Of a stretch of 64,000 nucleotides of DNA, positions 1-9,027 are shown piece after piece. Source of the DNA: an uncultured Methylomirabilota bacterium (GTDB lineage Bacteria > Methylomirabilota > Methylomirabilia > Methylomirabilales > 2-02-FULL-66-22); the NCBI GenBank assembly GCA_963845565.1, contig CAWJSJ010000002.1, forward strand, positions 1,568,001-1,632,000. Reading direction: 5' to 3'. The notes below the pieces were generated by a model that did not search any database, was not told the DNA's origin, and saw nothing but the letters and a program-made list of their open reading frames with translations. How positions within the stretch are numbered: the stretch's first letter is position 1; the number at the start of each line of letters is the position of its first letter. Position numbers and translations under genes: made by a program.

Positions 1-2
1 CC

Positions 3-374
3 ATCATCGTGTCGGCGCCGGAGGGAGTGCCGCAGGCGCTGGCGGGCCAGCTTCGCGTCCTGGGGATCCTCGGCCCCGACCGACTGGACAAGTTCCCCAA
101 GGTGCCGACCGCCAAGGAGCAAGGGCTGAACTTCGCGATGACGATGTGGCGGGGTGTGATCGCGCCCAAGGACACGCCGCCCGCCGTCGTGAGCCAGCTG
201 CACGACATCCTGAAGAAGAGCATGGACGACCCCGAGTTCAAGAAGAAGGCGGACGAACTGTCCGTCGAGCTGCGCTACATGGGTCCGGAAGAGTTCGGGA
301 AGTTCATGGTGTCGGAGGATGCTCGCTACAAGGAATTGATCATGAGCGAGAAGATGGGCGATCGGTACAAGTAG
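3..374 (+). CDS. tctC: Tripartite tricarboxylate transporter substrate-binding protein (Bug/TctC), 5'-truncated by window edge
   Basis: C-terminal Bug motifs (LRVLGI...PKVPTAKEQG...WRGVIAPKDTP); upstream of tctB/tctA. Confidence 0.9.
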   Translation: MIVSAPEGVPQALAGQLRVLGILGPDRLDKFPKVPTAKEQGLNFAMTMWRGVIAPKDTPPAVVSQLHDILKKSMDDPEFKKKADELSVELRYMGPEEFGKFMVSEDARYKELIMSEKMGDRYK

Positions 375-384
375 CCGCAACCAG

Positions 385-576
385 CAGGCTGCTGAAAACG
401 GCCCAACTGCGGGGGCCCATCCTCCGGACGGATACCCCGCGTGCTCGGGCACTCGTTGCGGCGGACCTGGAGTACGCCTGGACCCACCTTCGGTGGGGAC
501 CCCGTCCATTGCCCGCCGCCTGGCATCTGGACCTATTTGAGCAGCCTGAGGAACAAGTGGGTCTTTTCGCATTCTG
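385..576 (+). mobile_element. Family A inverted-repeat element (MITE-like), copy with two extra hairpin inserts
   Basis: Starts CAGGCTGCTGAAAA, inner TTTGAGCAGCCTG, ends TTTTCGCATTCTG|TTAA; similar to about 10 other copies in the window. Confidence 0.8.
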
Positions 577-578
577 TT

Positions 579-615
579 AAACGTCGGGGAGCCCGCTCGG
601 GGCTCCTCGACGTTT
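579..615. other. GC-rich hairpin between tctC and tctB
   Basis: AAACGTCGGGGAGCCC-GCTCG-GGGCTCCTCGACGTTT, 16-bp stem with one G-U pair. Confidence 0.5.
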
Positions 616-640
616 GTTCATCGTCCCACGAGGCTGAGGC

Positions 641-1087
641 ATGAAACGCTTTGAGCGGGTCGCGGCGGGTACGCTGCTCGTGATCGGTGCAGGGTCGGCG
701 TACCTGGCCATCGAGATGGGATTCGGCTCGGTGCGTGTTCCCGGCCCCGGATTCCTGCCGTTCTGGCTGGCCGCCTCCTTGGCGGCGACCGCCGCGGTTT
801 ATCTCGTTCTGCGCCTTGGGCCAGACCCGGCGGCGCGGCCGTTATGGGATCCGGGTACCTGGCGCCGCCCGGCGCTTGCAGCCGTCGTCATGCTGAGCTT
901 CACCCTCCTGATGGGCGGAATCGGTTTCTTCGCCGCCACGTTCCTCCTCTATCTGGGATGGCTCATCCTGATCGAGCGGGCACGGTGGCTCACCGTCGGA
1001 GCGGTGTCGGTCCTGGGGACGCTCGGTGCGTACCTCCTGTTCGTCGTCCTCCTCAAGGTTCCGCTGCCGAAGGGCCTCCTTTTCTGA
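641..1087 (+). CDS. tctB: Tripartite tricarboxylate transporter small membrane subunit TctB
   Basis: About 4 TM segments, PGPGFLP motif, C-terminal LKVPLPKG. Confidence 0.88.
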   Translation: MKRFERVAAGTLLVIGAGSAYLAIEMGFGSVRVPGPGFLPFWLAASLAATAAVYLVLRLGPDPAARPLWDPGTWRRPALAAVVMLSFTLLMGGIGFFAATFLLYLGWLILIERARWLTVGAVSVLGTLGAYLLFVVLLKVPLPKGLLF

Positions 1088-1103
1088 CGGTGGAGTACTG
1101 ACC

Positions 1104-2612
1104 TTGGACGCCTTTCACGGGTTGCTGAGCGGTTTCGCGCTGGCCGTCACGCCGGTCAATCTGCTGTTCTGTCTGATCGGGTCCGTCCTGGGGACGGCCA
1201 TCGGGGTCCTGCCCGGCCTGGGGCCCGCGGCCACCATCTCGCTGCTGCTGCCGCTCTCCTACGCCCTGGGGAATCCGGTCACCTCCATCATCATGCTCGC
1301 CGGCATCTACTATGGGGCGATGTACGGCGGCTCGACCACCTCGGTGCTGCTGAACATCCCCGGAGAGGCGGCCTCGGTCGTCACGTGCATCGACGGCTAC
1401 AAGATGGCGAAGCAGGGACGGGCGGGCGCGGCGCTGGGGATGGCCGCCATCGGGTCCTTCGTGGCCGGGACGGCGGGGGTGGTCGGTCTCACCTTCGTGG
1501 CGCCGCCCCTGTCCGCTTTCGCCGTGAAGTTCGGCCCGGCGGAGTACTTCTCGCTCACCATCCTGGGACTGCTCCTGGCGACCTACCTCTCCGGCAAGTC
1601 GGTCGTGAAGGGAATCCTCATGGCCCTCCTGGGATTGCTCCTGGCCATGGTGGGGCGGGACCCGGTCACCGGGAACGAGCGGTACACCTTTGGGCTGTTC
1701 ATCCTGGAGGACGGGTTCGACTTTCTGACCCTCGGCATGGGGATCTTCGGCATCGGGGAGATCTTCATCAGTCTCGAAGAGCAGGTGAAGGCCGAGCTGG
1801 TCACCACGCGCATCACTGGGCTGTGGCCGACGGTCAGGGACTGGGCCATCTCCAGGTGGGCCATCGTACGCGGATCGCTGGTGGGCTTCTTCGTGGGGTT
1901 GCTTCCGGGCGGCGGCGCGGTCATCGCCTCGCTCCTCTCCTACGCCGTGGAGAAGCGGGTGTCGAAGCACCCCGAGCGGTTCGGCGAGGGGGCGCTGGAA
2001 GGCGTGGCCGGGCCCGAGTCGGCCAACAACGCCGCGGCCAGCGCGTCCTTCATCCCGATGCTCACCCTGGGTATCCCCGGGAACCCGGCCATCGCCATGA
2101 TCTTCGCCGCCCTGCTGATCCAGGGGGTGACCCCCGGGCCGTTCCTGCTGAAGGACCACCCCGACCTCTTCTGGGCGGTGATCGCGTCCATGTACATCGG
2201 GAACGTCATGCTGCTGGTCCTGAACCTGCCCCTGGTCGGTCTGTGGGTGCAGATGCTCAAGGTGCCGTACGCCATCCTCGCCCCCTCGATCGTCCTGATC
2301 TGCGCCATCGGCGTGTACAGCATGAAGAACAACATCGACGACGTGGTGATGATGGTGCTCTTCGGCGTCGTCGGCTACGTGCTGCGGAAGCTGCAGTTCG
2401 ATCTGGGGCCGATCCTGCTGGCGTTCGTCCTCGGCCGGATCCTGGAGCGCTCCCTCCGGCAGGCGCTCCTGATCTCGCGGGGCGACCTCTCGATCTTCGT
2501 CACCAAGCCGATCTCCGCCGCCCTGCTCGGGATCGCCGCGGCGATGATCCTCGGCACGATCTGCGTGTCGCTCTACCGGTACCTGGCGGCGAGACGGCCG
2601 GCCAAGGCCTGA
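1104..2612 (+). CDS. tctA: Tripartite tricarboxylate transporter permease TctA
   Basis: GVLPGLG, YYGAMYGGS, NIPGE, GPESANNA motifs; TTG start inferred after GGAG. Confidence 0.93.
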   Translation: MDAFHGLLSGFALAVTPVNLLFCLIGSVLGTAIGVLPGLGPAATISLLLPLSYALGNPVTSIIMLAGIYYGAMYGGSTTSVLLNIPGEAASVVTCIDGYKMAKQGRAGAALGMAAIGSFVAGTAGVVGLTFVAPPLSAFAVKFGPAEYFSLTILGLLLATYLSGKSVVKGILMALLGLLLAMVGRDPVTGNERYTFGLFILEDGFDFLTLGMGIFGIGEIFISLEEQVKAELVTTRITGLWPTVRDWAISRWAIVRGSLVGFFVGLLPGGGAVIASLLSYAVEKRVSKHPERFGEGALEGVAGPESANNAAASASFIPMLTLGIPGNPAIAMIFAALLIQGVTPGPFLLKDHPDLFWAVIASMYIGNVMLLVLNLPLVGLWVQMLKVPYAILAPSIVLICAIGVYSMKNNIDDVVMMVLFGVVGYVLRKLQFDLGPILLAFVLGRILERSLRQALLISRGDLSIFVTKPISAALLGIAAAMILGTICVSLYRYLAARRPAKA

Positions 2613-2642
2613 TGAGCCCATCGGCCGGACCCCCAACCTTTA

Positions 2643-2742
2643 GGAGCCGTTACGAAATAACCTGTACATCTCTTTCTATTTCGTTACGGCTCCTTATGCC
2701 GTTTCGGAATGTCTCCGCTCAACTTATTCTTTGACAACGGCT
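2643..2742 (+). mobile_element. Family B ~100-bp double-hairpin element
   Basis: GGAGCCGTTACGAAATA...TATTTCGTTACGGCTCC then GCCGTT...GACAACGGCT; near-identical to 11916-12015. Confidence 0.8.
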
Positions 2743-2801
2743 TACGCCGCTGGCGGTCCCGTTATGGCATCCGCGCAGCAGATTCATGAGATGGGGCATC
2801 C

Positions 2802-3428
2802 ATGTTCTCCAGTGAAACCCTGTTAACCTTCTTTGCCGCATCCGTCTTGCTCGCTCTCGCGCCGGGCCCCGACAACATCTTCGTGCTGACGCAATCCTCC
2901 TTGTATGGACGACGGGCCGGCCTGGCGGTCACGTGTGGGTTGTGCACGGGACTGATCGGTCACAGCACGGCGGTCGCGCTGGGTGTTGCGGTGGTTTTTC
3001 AACGGTCGGCGGCGGCATTCTCCGCCCTAAAATTCATCGGCGCCGCTTATCTGGTGTATCTGGCATGGCAGGCGTTCCGTGCCTCGGCGACACGCATTGA
3101 GACCGAGGGCCGCGGCGACGCCAATCTGCGCAAACTGTACGGTCGTGGCATCATCATGAATCTCACCAATCCTAAGGTGTCCATATTCTTCCTGGCGTTC
3201 CTCCCGCAGTTCGCGGATCCGTCCAGGGGGCCCATCTGGTTACAGCTTCTGCTGCTGGGCGGTGTGTTCATCCTGTCGACCATATTGGTCTTCGGCGGCA
3301 TCGCCCTCCTGGCGGGCACGCTTGGCCAATGGCTTCAGCGATCGGACCGAGTCCAAGGAATCATGAACAAAGTCGCAGGCGCTGTTTTCGTAGTCCTTGC
3401 CCTGAAGCTAGCAACCACCACGCGATAA
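2802..3428 (+). CDS. LysE/RhtB family amino-acid exporter
   Basis: APGPDN and NLTNPKV..FFLAFLPQF motifs; about 6 TM. Confidence 0.9.
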   Translation: MFSSETLLTFFAASVLLALAPGPDNIFVLTQSSLYGRRAGLAVTCGLCTGLIGHSTAVALGVAVVFQRSAAAFSALKFIGAAYLVYLAWQAFRASATRIETEGRGDANLRKLYGRGIIMNLTNPKVSIFFLAFLPQFADPSRGPIWLQLLLLGGVFILSTILVFGGIALLAGTLGQWLQRSDRVQGIMNKVAGAVFVVLALKLATTTR

Positions 3429-3716
3429 ATCCGGACCGCCGATGGCGCAATCTCTCAATGGACGCACCTTCCCGGACCCGATGGCGAGTGGCGTCGGCCG
3501 CCGGGCGGGGTGTGTCATGCCTCCCGCTCGCTCGACGCCTTGACACACGCACTCGGCATGGGCTAGGGTTGCATCGTGCCGGTGGTTCTCCGGCAGCCCC
3601 ACAGGAGGCCGGTCGAATGCGGGCGCCTGCGGATCACGAGACGAACGAATGACGGGAACGTCCGGTTCGGAGGCCGGCGTCCAGCGTTGCGACCGCGACT
3701 GCGCCTGGGGGCTGGG

Positions 3717-4710
3717 ATGACGGCCCCACGGTCCGTCGTGCTGGGCATCCTGATGGTTCGCCCTCCTCGCGACGCCTCTCGCCGCCGGGGCGCAGCCGGC
3801 GGAGAAGCGTTTCCGGGTGGGGGTGTTGTGCCCGTTAACGTGTGCCACCCCGCCATTTGAGGCATTGCGACAAGGCCTGCTGGCGCGCGGGTACGTCGAA
3901 GGACGGACCATCACCTTCGAGTATCGCGCGGCGGACGGCAAGTATGAGACGTATTTCGACCTCGCCGCGGATCTGGTCGGTCTCCAGGTCGATGTCATCT
4001 TCGCGAGCGGGGTGCTGCCCGGGGTGCTCGCCGCCAAGCGAGCCACCACGACCATCCCCATTGTGTTTGCGGGGCTCGGCGAGGATCCCGTGCATTACGG
4101 CCTGGTCCAGAGCCTGGCCAGGCCGGGCGGCAACCTGACGGGACTCGTCGCCCTCTATGCGGATCTGGTCGAAAAGCAACTGCAGCTCGTCACGGAGAAC
4201 GTCCCGGGAGCGTCGCGGGTGGTTGCGCTCTGGGATGTCGGCGTCGAGAAAGCCCTGGAGCCCAGCTTCAAGACCTTAGCGGTGGCCGCCGGGGCCTTGG
4301 GCGTGCACCCGCAGCCCGTGGCGGTGCGCGGGTCGGAGGGTCTCGCCCGTGCGTTTCGCGCCGCGGCCGACGCGCGCGCGGGCGCGATCATCCTTTTGCC
4401 GTCCCCGATCTTCTTCTGGGGTCGAGTCCGGGTCGCGCACCTCGCGGCGGAACACCGGCTTCCCACCATCTCCCCGTTCGTGGAGTTTGCCCAGGCCGGG
4501 GGCTTGATGGCGTACGGCCCGAACGTGACACGCATGTTCGGCTACGCGGCCGGCATCGTTGATCGGATTCTGAAGGGCGCCAAGCCGGCCGACCTCCCCG
4601 TGGAGCAGCCGACCGAATTCGACCTTACGATCAACCTCAAGGCGGCAAAGGCGCTTCGGCTGACGATACCGCCCGCGATACTCATGCAGGCGAATGAGGT
4701 GATTCGGTGA
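3717..4710 (+). CDS. ABC transporter substrate-binding protein (ABC_sub_bind type), frameshifted in the signal peptide near 3755
   Basis: TTTIPIVF, DPV..GLV.SLARPGGNLTG, ILKGAKPADLPVEQPT motifs; signal peptide is split between two frames. Confidence 0.82.
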
Positions 4711-4943
4711 CCCAGCGCGCAGTTACACTCGGCAGTTGCCGCCCGCAGGTCCACCAGCATCGCGACGCCACCACCTTGGGCAACGCCGCCCAACCGCCTG
4801 CGGGGGATGCGCCAAGAGCGGCACACCCCTGAAGGGGGTGACGCCGCCTCGGGCACGCGGGACGCCGAACCCCTCCATCGAGCGGCCAGTCGGCGGCTGC
4901 CAGTCGGGCCGCAACTGATGCTGCCGAACGAAAGGAACATCCC

Positions 4944-5393
4944 GTGAAGGACACTGCGAACCAAATCAGACGGACTGTCGATGAGGCGTCAGCCGCCATG
5001 GTGCGCATGAAACCCGATGAGGTCTCGTTGAGGCGGCGTCCGGATGGGTGGTCCAAAAAGGAGATCTTGGGCCATTTGATCGATTCCGCGGCCAATAATC
5101 ACCAACGGTTCGTGAGAGCCTCCTATCACGCTGCCGCCTCGTTTCCCACCTACGACCAAAACGCTTGGGTGCGGATTCAGCAGTACCATGCATCGGAATG
5201 GGCGGGACTGGTCACGTTGTGGTCCGCCTTCAATCGTCACTTGAGTGACGTCATCGATCGTATACCCGAAGACGCGAAGAGTTCGCCGTGTAACGTCGGC
5301 AAGGCAGAGCCGGTGACGCTGGAGTTCGTGGTAACAGACTACCTTCGCCACTTGCAGCATCACGTGAGTCAGATATTGGACCAAAAGGAATGA
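4944..5393 (+). CDS. DinB family protein
   Basis: WSKKEILGHLIDSA.NNHQRF and DYLRHLQHH motifs. Confidence 0.85.
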   Translation: MKDTANQIRRTVDEASAAMVRMKPDEVSLRRRPDGWSKKEILGHLIDSAANNHQRFVRASYHAAASFPTYDQNAWVRIQQYHASEWAGLVTLWSAFNRHLSDVIDRIPEDAKSSPCNVGKAEPVTLEFVVTDYLRHLQHHVSQILDQKE

Positions 5394-5860
5394 CCAGCGC
5401 ATGTGCGCGGAGGCGCCACTCGCGCGCCGGCGATGCGAGCCGTTCCGCCTGTCAGGGACCCCATGGCTACGTGTCGCCGAGTTGGTACGAATCGTCATCC
5501 GCGGTGCCCACGTGGAATTACGCGGTCGTGCACGCGACGGGGACACCGTGCATCCGCGATGAGGAAACCTTCGCGGCCGGCGTCGTGCGAGACTTGACGC
5601 ATCGGTATGAGGACTCTCGTCCCCACCCGTGGCGCGTCGAGGATCTGCCGCCGGAGTTTCACCGCACGCTCCTCGGCGCGGTGGTGGCCTTCGAAATGCC
5701 GATCGCGCACCTCGACGGGAAATTCAAGTTGAGCCAGAACCGCACGCCCGCCGACCGAGAAGGCGCGATCAGCGGGCTGGAACACGCCGATTCCGGTCCG
5801 GCGCGTGCTCTGGCGGCCCTCATGCGTGCGCGTAGTAGCGGAGTCGAGCCGGGCCGATGA
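5390..5860 (+). pseudogene. PaiB / FMN-binding negative transcriptional regulator, N-terminally truncated
   Basis: QGPHGYVSPSWY, VPTWNY.VVH and GKFKLSQN present, but the family N-terminus is absent. Confidence 0.65.
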
Positions 5861-5943
5861 CGCGGACGGGCTTCGCGCGCCGCTTGGCGCCCGATCGGTG
5901 ATGTCGCGTGGTGGTGTGTGACCCTCAGCATGGGAGGTCCGAA

Positions 5944-6858
5944 ATGTCTATTCGACCGATTAAGCGGATCGTTCGCGCCAAGCCGACGCTCGAAGGCGCC
6001 GGGGTGCACCTGCGCCGCGCATTCGGTTTCGGCAACACCTCCGACTTCGACCCGTTTCTTCTCCTCGACGACTTCCGGAATGACATCCCGGAGGACTATC
6101 TCGCCGGCTTTCCGTGGCACCCCCACCGAGGGATCGAGACGATCACCTATGTCCTCGCCGGAACGGTGGAGCACGGGGACAGCCTGGGGAACCGGGGCGC
6201 CATCGCCGCCGGCGACGTCCAGTGGATGACGGCGGGGAGGGGCATCATCCACCAGGAGATGCCGAAGGGCGACCCGGCGGGCCGGATGCACGGGTTCCAG
6301 CTGTGGGCGAACCTGCCGGCGGCGCTCAAGATGACGACGCCTCGCTATCAGGAGGTGAAGGCGGGCGACATCCCGGAGATCGCGGAAGACGACGGCACCC
6401 GGGTCCGGGTCATTTGCGGCCACGCCTTGGGGACGACCGGTCCCGTGGAGGGGGTCGCCGCCGATCCGATCTACCTCGATGTGTCGGTGCCGCCCGGCAA
6501 GCGGCGAACCCTCCCGGTCGAGACGACCCGTCACGCCTTCGCGTACGTGTTCGCGGGGGCGGGGAAGTTCTGCAACGCGTCGGGCCCCCTCGCGGTGCCG
6601 ACCGAAGGGGTCGGCTGGGCGGACACGACCCTCCCCCAGGACGCGGACAACCGCTCGCTCGTGCTCTTCGATCGCGGCGACGAGATCTCCGTGCAGGCCG
6701 GGGACGAGGGACTCCGATTCCTCCTGGTCTCGGGGAAGCCACTCGGGGAGCCGGTCGCGTGGTACGGCCCGATCGTGATGAACACGCAGGAGCAGCTCCG
6801 GCAAGCGTTCGAGGAACTTCAACGGGGGACCTTCCTGAAGGCGGAGGGACAGGGGTAG
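5944..6858 (+). CDS. Pirin family protein
   Basis: DPFLLLD, GFPWHPHRGIETITY, QWMTAGRGIIHQE, GPIVMNT. Confidence 0.95.
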   Translation: MSIRPIKRIVRAKPTLEGAGVHLRRAFGFGNTSDFDPFLLLDDFRNDIPEDYLAGFPWHPHRGIETITYVLAGTVEHGDSLGNRGAIAAGDVQWMTAGRGIIHQEMPKGDPAGRMHGFQLWANLPAALKMTTPRYQEVKAGDIPEIAEDDGTRVRVICGHALGTTGPVEGVAADPIYLDVSVPPGKRRTLPVETTRHAFAYVFAGAGKFCNASGPLAVPTEGVGWADTTLPQDADNRSLVLFDRGDEISVQAGDEGLRFLLVSGKPLGEPVAWYGPIVMNTQEQLRQAFEELQRGTFLKAEGQG

Positions 6859-7025
6859 GCGTGCCGTTCGTCGGTGGAGTCGACGGTGTCTCCGGCGTGG
6901 GCGAGGCGCAGTCCGTTTTGGAATAATCGCGGCAATGGACGGCGGGCGGCCGCCGCCAGATCCACCACACGTGCGCGCTCGCCCGTCGCCGCAAAGTGCA
7001 GGTGCCACACCCTTCAGGGGGGAAT

Positions 7026-7466
7026 ATGAAGAGCTTGCTTCCGATTGTGTTTGCCACCATCGCTGCAGTTGGGAATGCCATGTTCGCCCTCGGACAGAGG
7101 AAGTCTGCGGGTGTCGAGAATGGGTTATTGTTCGTCGGCGTATCCGCGCTGGTGGCGGTGCTCTTCGCACTGCTTTTCGCGCCGTTCGTCGGCGCATTCG
7201 ATATCGGGCACACATTGACGGGGCACTGGCCCGCCGTTCTCCTGAGCGGACTCGGTCTCTTCCTGACCTATCTCGGCTTCAATCTTCTCTATTCCAGATA
7301 CGGCGCCTCTCAGTACGTCCTCTATGCGGTGTTGTCCATCATCACGACAACGATCGTTGTTGGCATCCTGTGGTTGAAGGAGCCGGTCAATCTCTATCAC
7401 AAGATCGCCATCGCGATGGCCATCGCCGCGGTTGTCCTTTTTTCAATCGGCCAGTCGAAGGCGTGA
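7026..7466 (+). CDS. Small DMT/EamA-like membrane transporter
   Basis: 146 aa, about 5 TM, GILWLKEP..L..KI motif typical of a DMT repeat. Confidence 0.7.
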   Translation: MKSLLPIVFATIAAVGNAMFALGQRKSAGVENGLLFVGVSALVAVLFALLFAPFVGAFDIGHTLTGHWPAVLLSGLGLFLTYLGFNLLYSRYGASQYVLYAVLSIITTTIVVGILWLKEPVNLYHKIAIAMAIAAVVLFSIGQSKA

Positions 7467-7610
7467 CACACCAATCCGGCAGACGGCGTTCCGTTGCCGG
7501 TGCGCGGGAGGGTCAGGCCGTGGCCTCGCAGGGCGAGTCGGCGAGCATGGTGTCGCCGGGGTCCGTGTCCCCGGACGACTGACGGTCGGTTCCGGACAAG
7601 GAGAGAGGCA

Positions 7611-8636
7611 ATGGCAACGATCGGGGTAGCGGTGGCAGGCTGCGGGATGATCGGCGGGGTACACGTCACGGCGCTGAAGGAAATCCCGGACGCCCGCGTG
7701 GCCGGCGCCTGGAGCCGTTCGTCGGAGCGGACGCAGCAGTTCGCGTCGCAGCATCAGATCCGCGGTTATCGGAGCTACGAGGAGCTGCTGGCGGACCCGG
7801 GGGTCGAGGCGGTGATCGTCACGCTACCGTCCGGGTATCACGCGGAATACGGCATCAAGGCTGCCGAGGCCGGCAAGCACGTGATCGTCGAGAAACCGAT
7901 CGACGTCACGGAGGCCAAGGCTCGGACGTTGATCGAGGCGTGTCGGAAAGCCGGCCGGCACCTCTCCGTGGTCTTCCAGAACCGGTACTCTCCGGCCGCG
8001 CAGAAGGTTCGGAAGGCCCTGGACGCGGGGGTGCTGGGCAAGCTCGTCCTGGGGGATGCCTATGTCAAGTGGTGGCGCACCTCCCAGTATTACGCCTCCA
8101 GTCCCTGGCGCGGATCGAAAGCGGTTGACGGCGGGGGAGCGCTCATCAACCAGGCCATCCATACCATTGACCTGCTCCAGTGGTTCATGGGCGGGGCCAA
8201 GCGGGTCTCGGGCCTGGTCCGGACCTCGACCCATGCGATCGACAGCGAGGATCTCGGGGTGGCCACGGTGGAATTCCTGGGCGGCGCAGTGGGGGTCATC
8301 GAGGGGACCACGGCGGTCCAGCCGGCCTGCAAGGAACGGCTGGAGATCCACGGCCAGAACGGCTCCGTGACCCTGGAAGGGGGCTTCATCACCTCCTGGA
8401 AGGTCGAGGGCTGCGCCGAGGCGGATTACGTGGACCCCCAGCCGGTGTCCGTCGGGGGCTCGGCCTCGCCGGCGATTTCCCACGAGCGGCACCAGGCGCA
8501 GCTCGCCGACATCCTCGCGGCGATCCGGGCCGGCCGGCCGTCCCCGGTCAGCGGCGAGGAAGGGCTGAAGGCCCTCAAGATCGTCCTCGGCATCTATCAG
8601 TCATCGTCCACGGGGCGCTGGGTGGACGTGGGGTAG
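7611..8636 (+). CDS. Gfo/Idh/MocA family oxidoreductase
   Basis: GCGMIG Rossmann motif, AGKHVIVEKP, GGGALINQAIHTID. Confidence 0.92.
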   Translation: MATIGVAVAGCGMIGGVHVTALKEIPDARVAGAWSRSSERTQQFASQHQIRGYRSYEELLADPGVEAVIVTLPSGYHAEYGIKAAEAGKHVIVEKPIDVTEAKARTLIEACRKAGRHLSVVFQNRYSPAAQKVRKALDAGVLGKLVLGDAYVKWWRTSQYYASSPWRGSKAVDGGGALINQAIHTIDLLQWFMGGAKRVSGLVRTSTHAIDSEDLGVATVEFLGGAVGVIEGTTAVQPACKERLEIHGQNGSVTLEGGFITSWKVEGCAEADYVDPQPVSVGGSASPAISHERHQAQLADILAAIRAGRPSPVSGEEGLKALKIVLGIYQSSSTGRWVDVG

Positions 8637-8902
8637 AACCGGGAGCCGACCATCGCGAGCCAGGCTGGGTTTTTGTGTTTTTCCCTTCTGCGCTCTGGTC
8701 TATAATCCCGTCGCGCTGGCGGCCCGCGAACCCGCGGGTCGGTAGGACAGCGTGGCGGCCGCGCCGCGCCTTTGCGCCGCCCGCTCTTCGACGGGGAGCG
8801 TTCAGCGAGCACCTGCGCCACGGGGTGCCTGCGGGCTGCGTTCCCGGAACCGTCTTGCGTTCTCTCCTGAGCCGACCGCTGAGGGCCGACAGCTGAACGC
8901 TG

Positions 8903-9002
8903 AGCCGTTGTTAAAGAATAACGTGACCAGAGAAATTCGGGAACGGCATCAGGAGCCGTAACGAAATCGCAAACAATGGACACGGTATTTCGTAACGGCT
9001 CC
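8903..9002 (-). mobile_element. Family B ~100-bp element
   Basis: Reverse-complement copy immediately upstream of pcrA. Confidence 0.8.
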
Positions 9003-9027
9003 TAACCTCCAAGGACCCGATTACTCC

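Noticed and set aside
8707..8890. TPP, ZTP or SRP RNA resemblance (GGGGTGCC...GGCTG; CTGGCG...GGGGAGCG; GGGTCGGTAGGACAGC)
   Set aside because: Key invariant residues are missing (no CTGAGA, no GCCTGGGC, no GGAAGGAAGCAGC)
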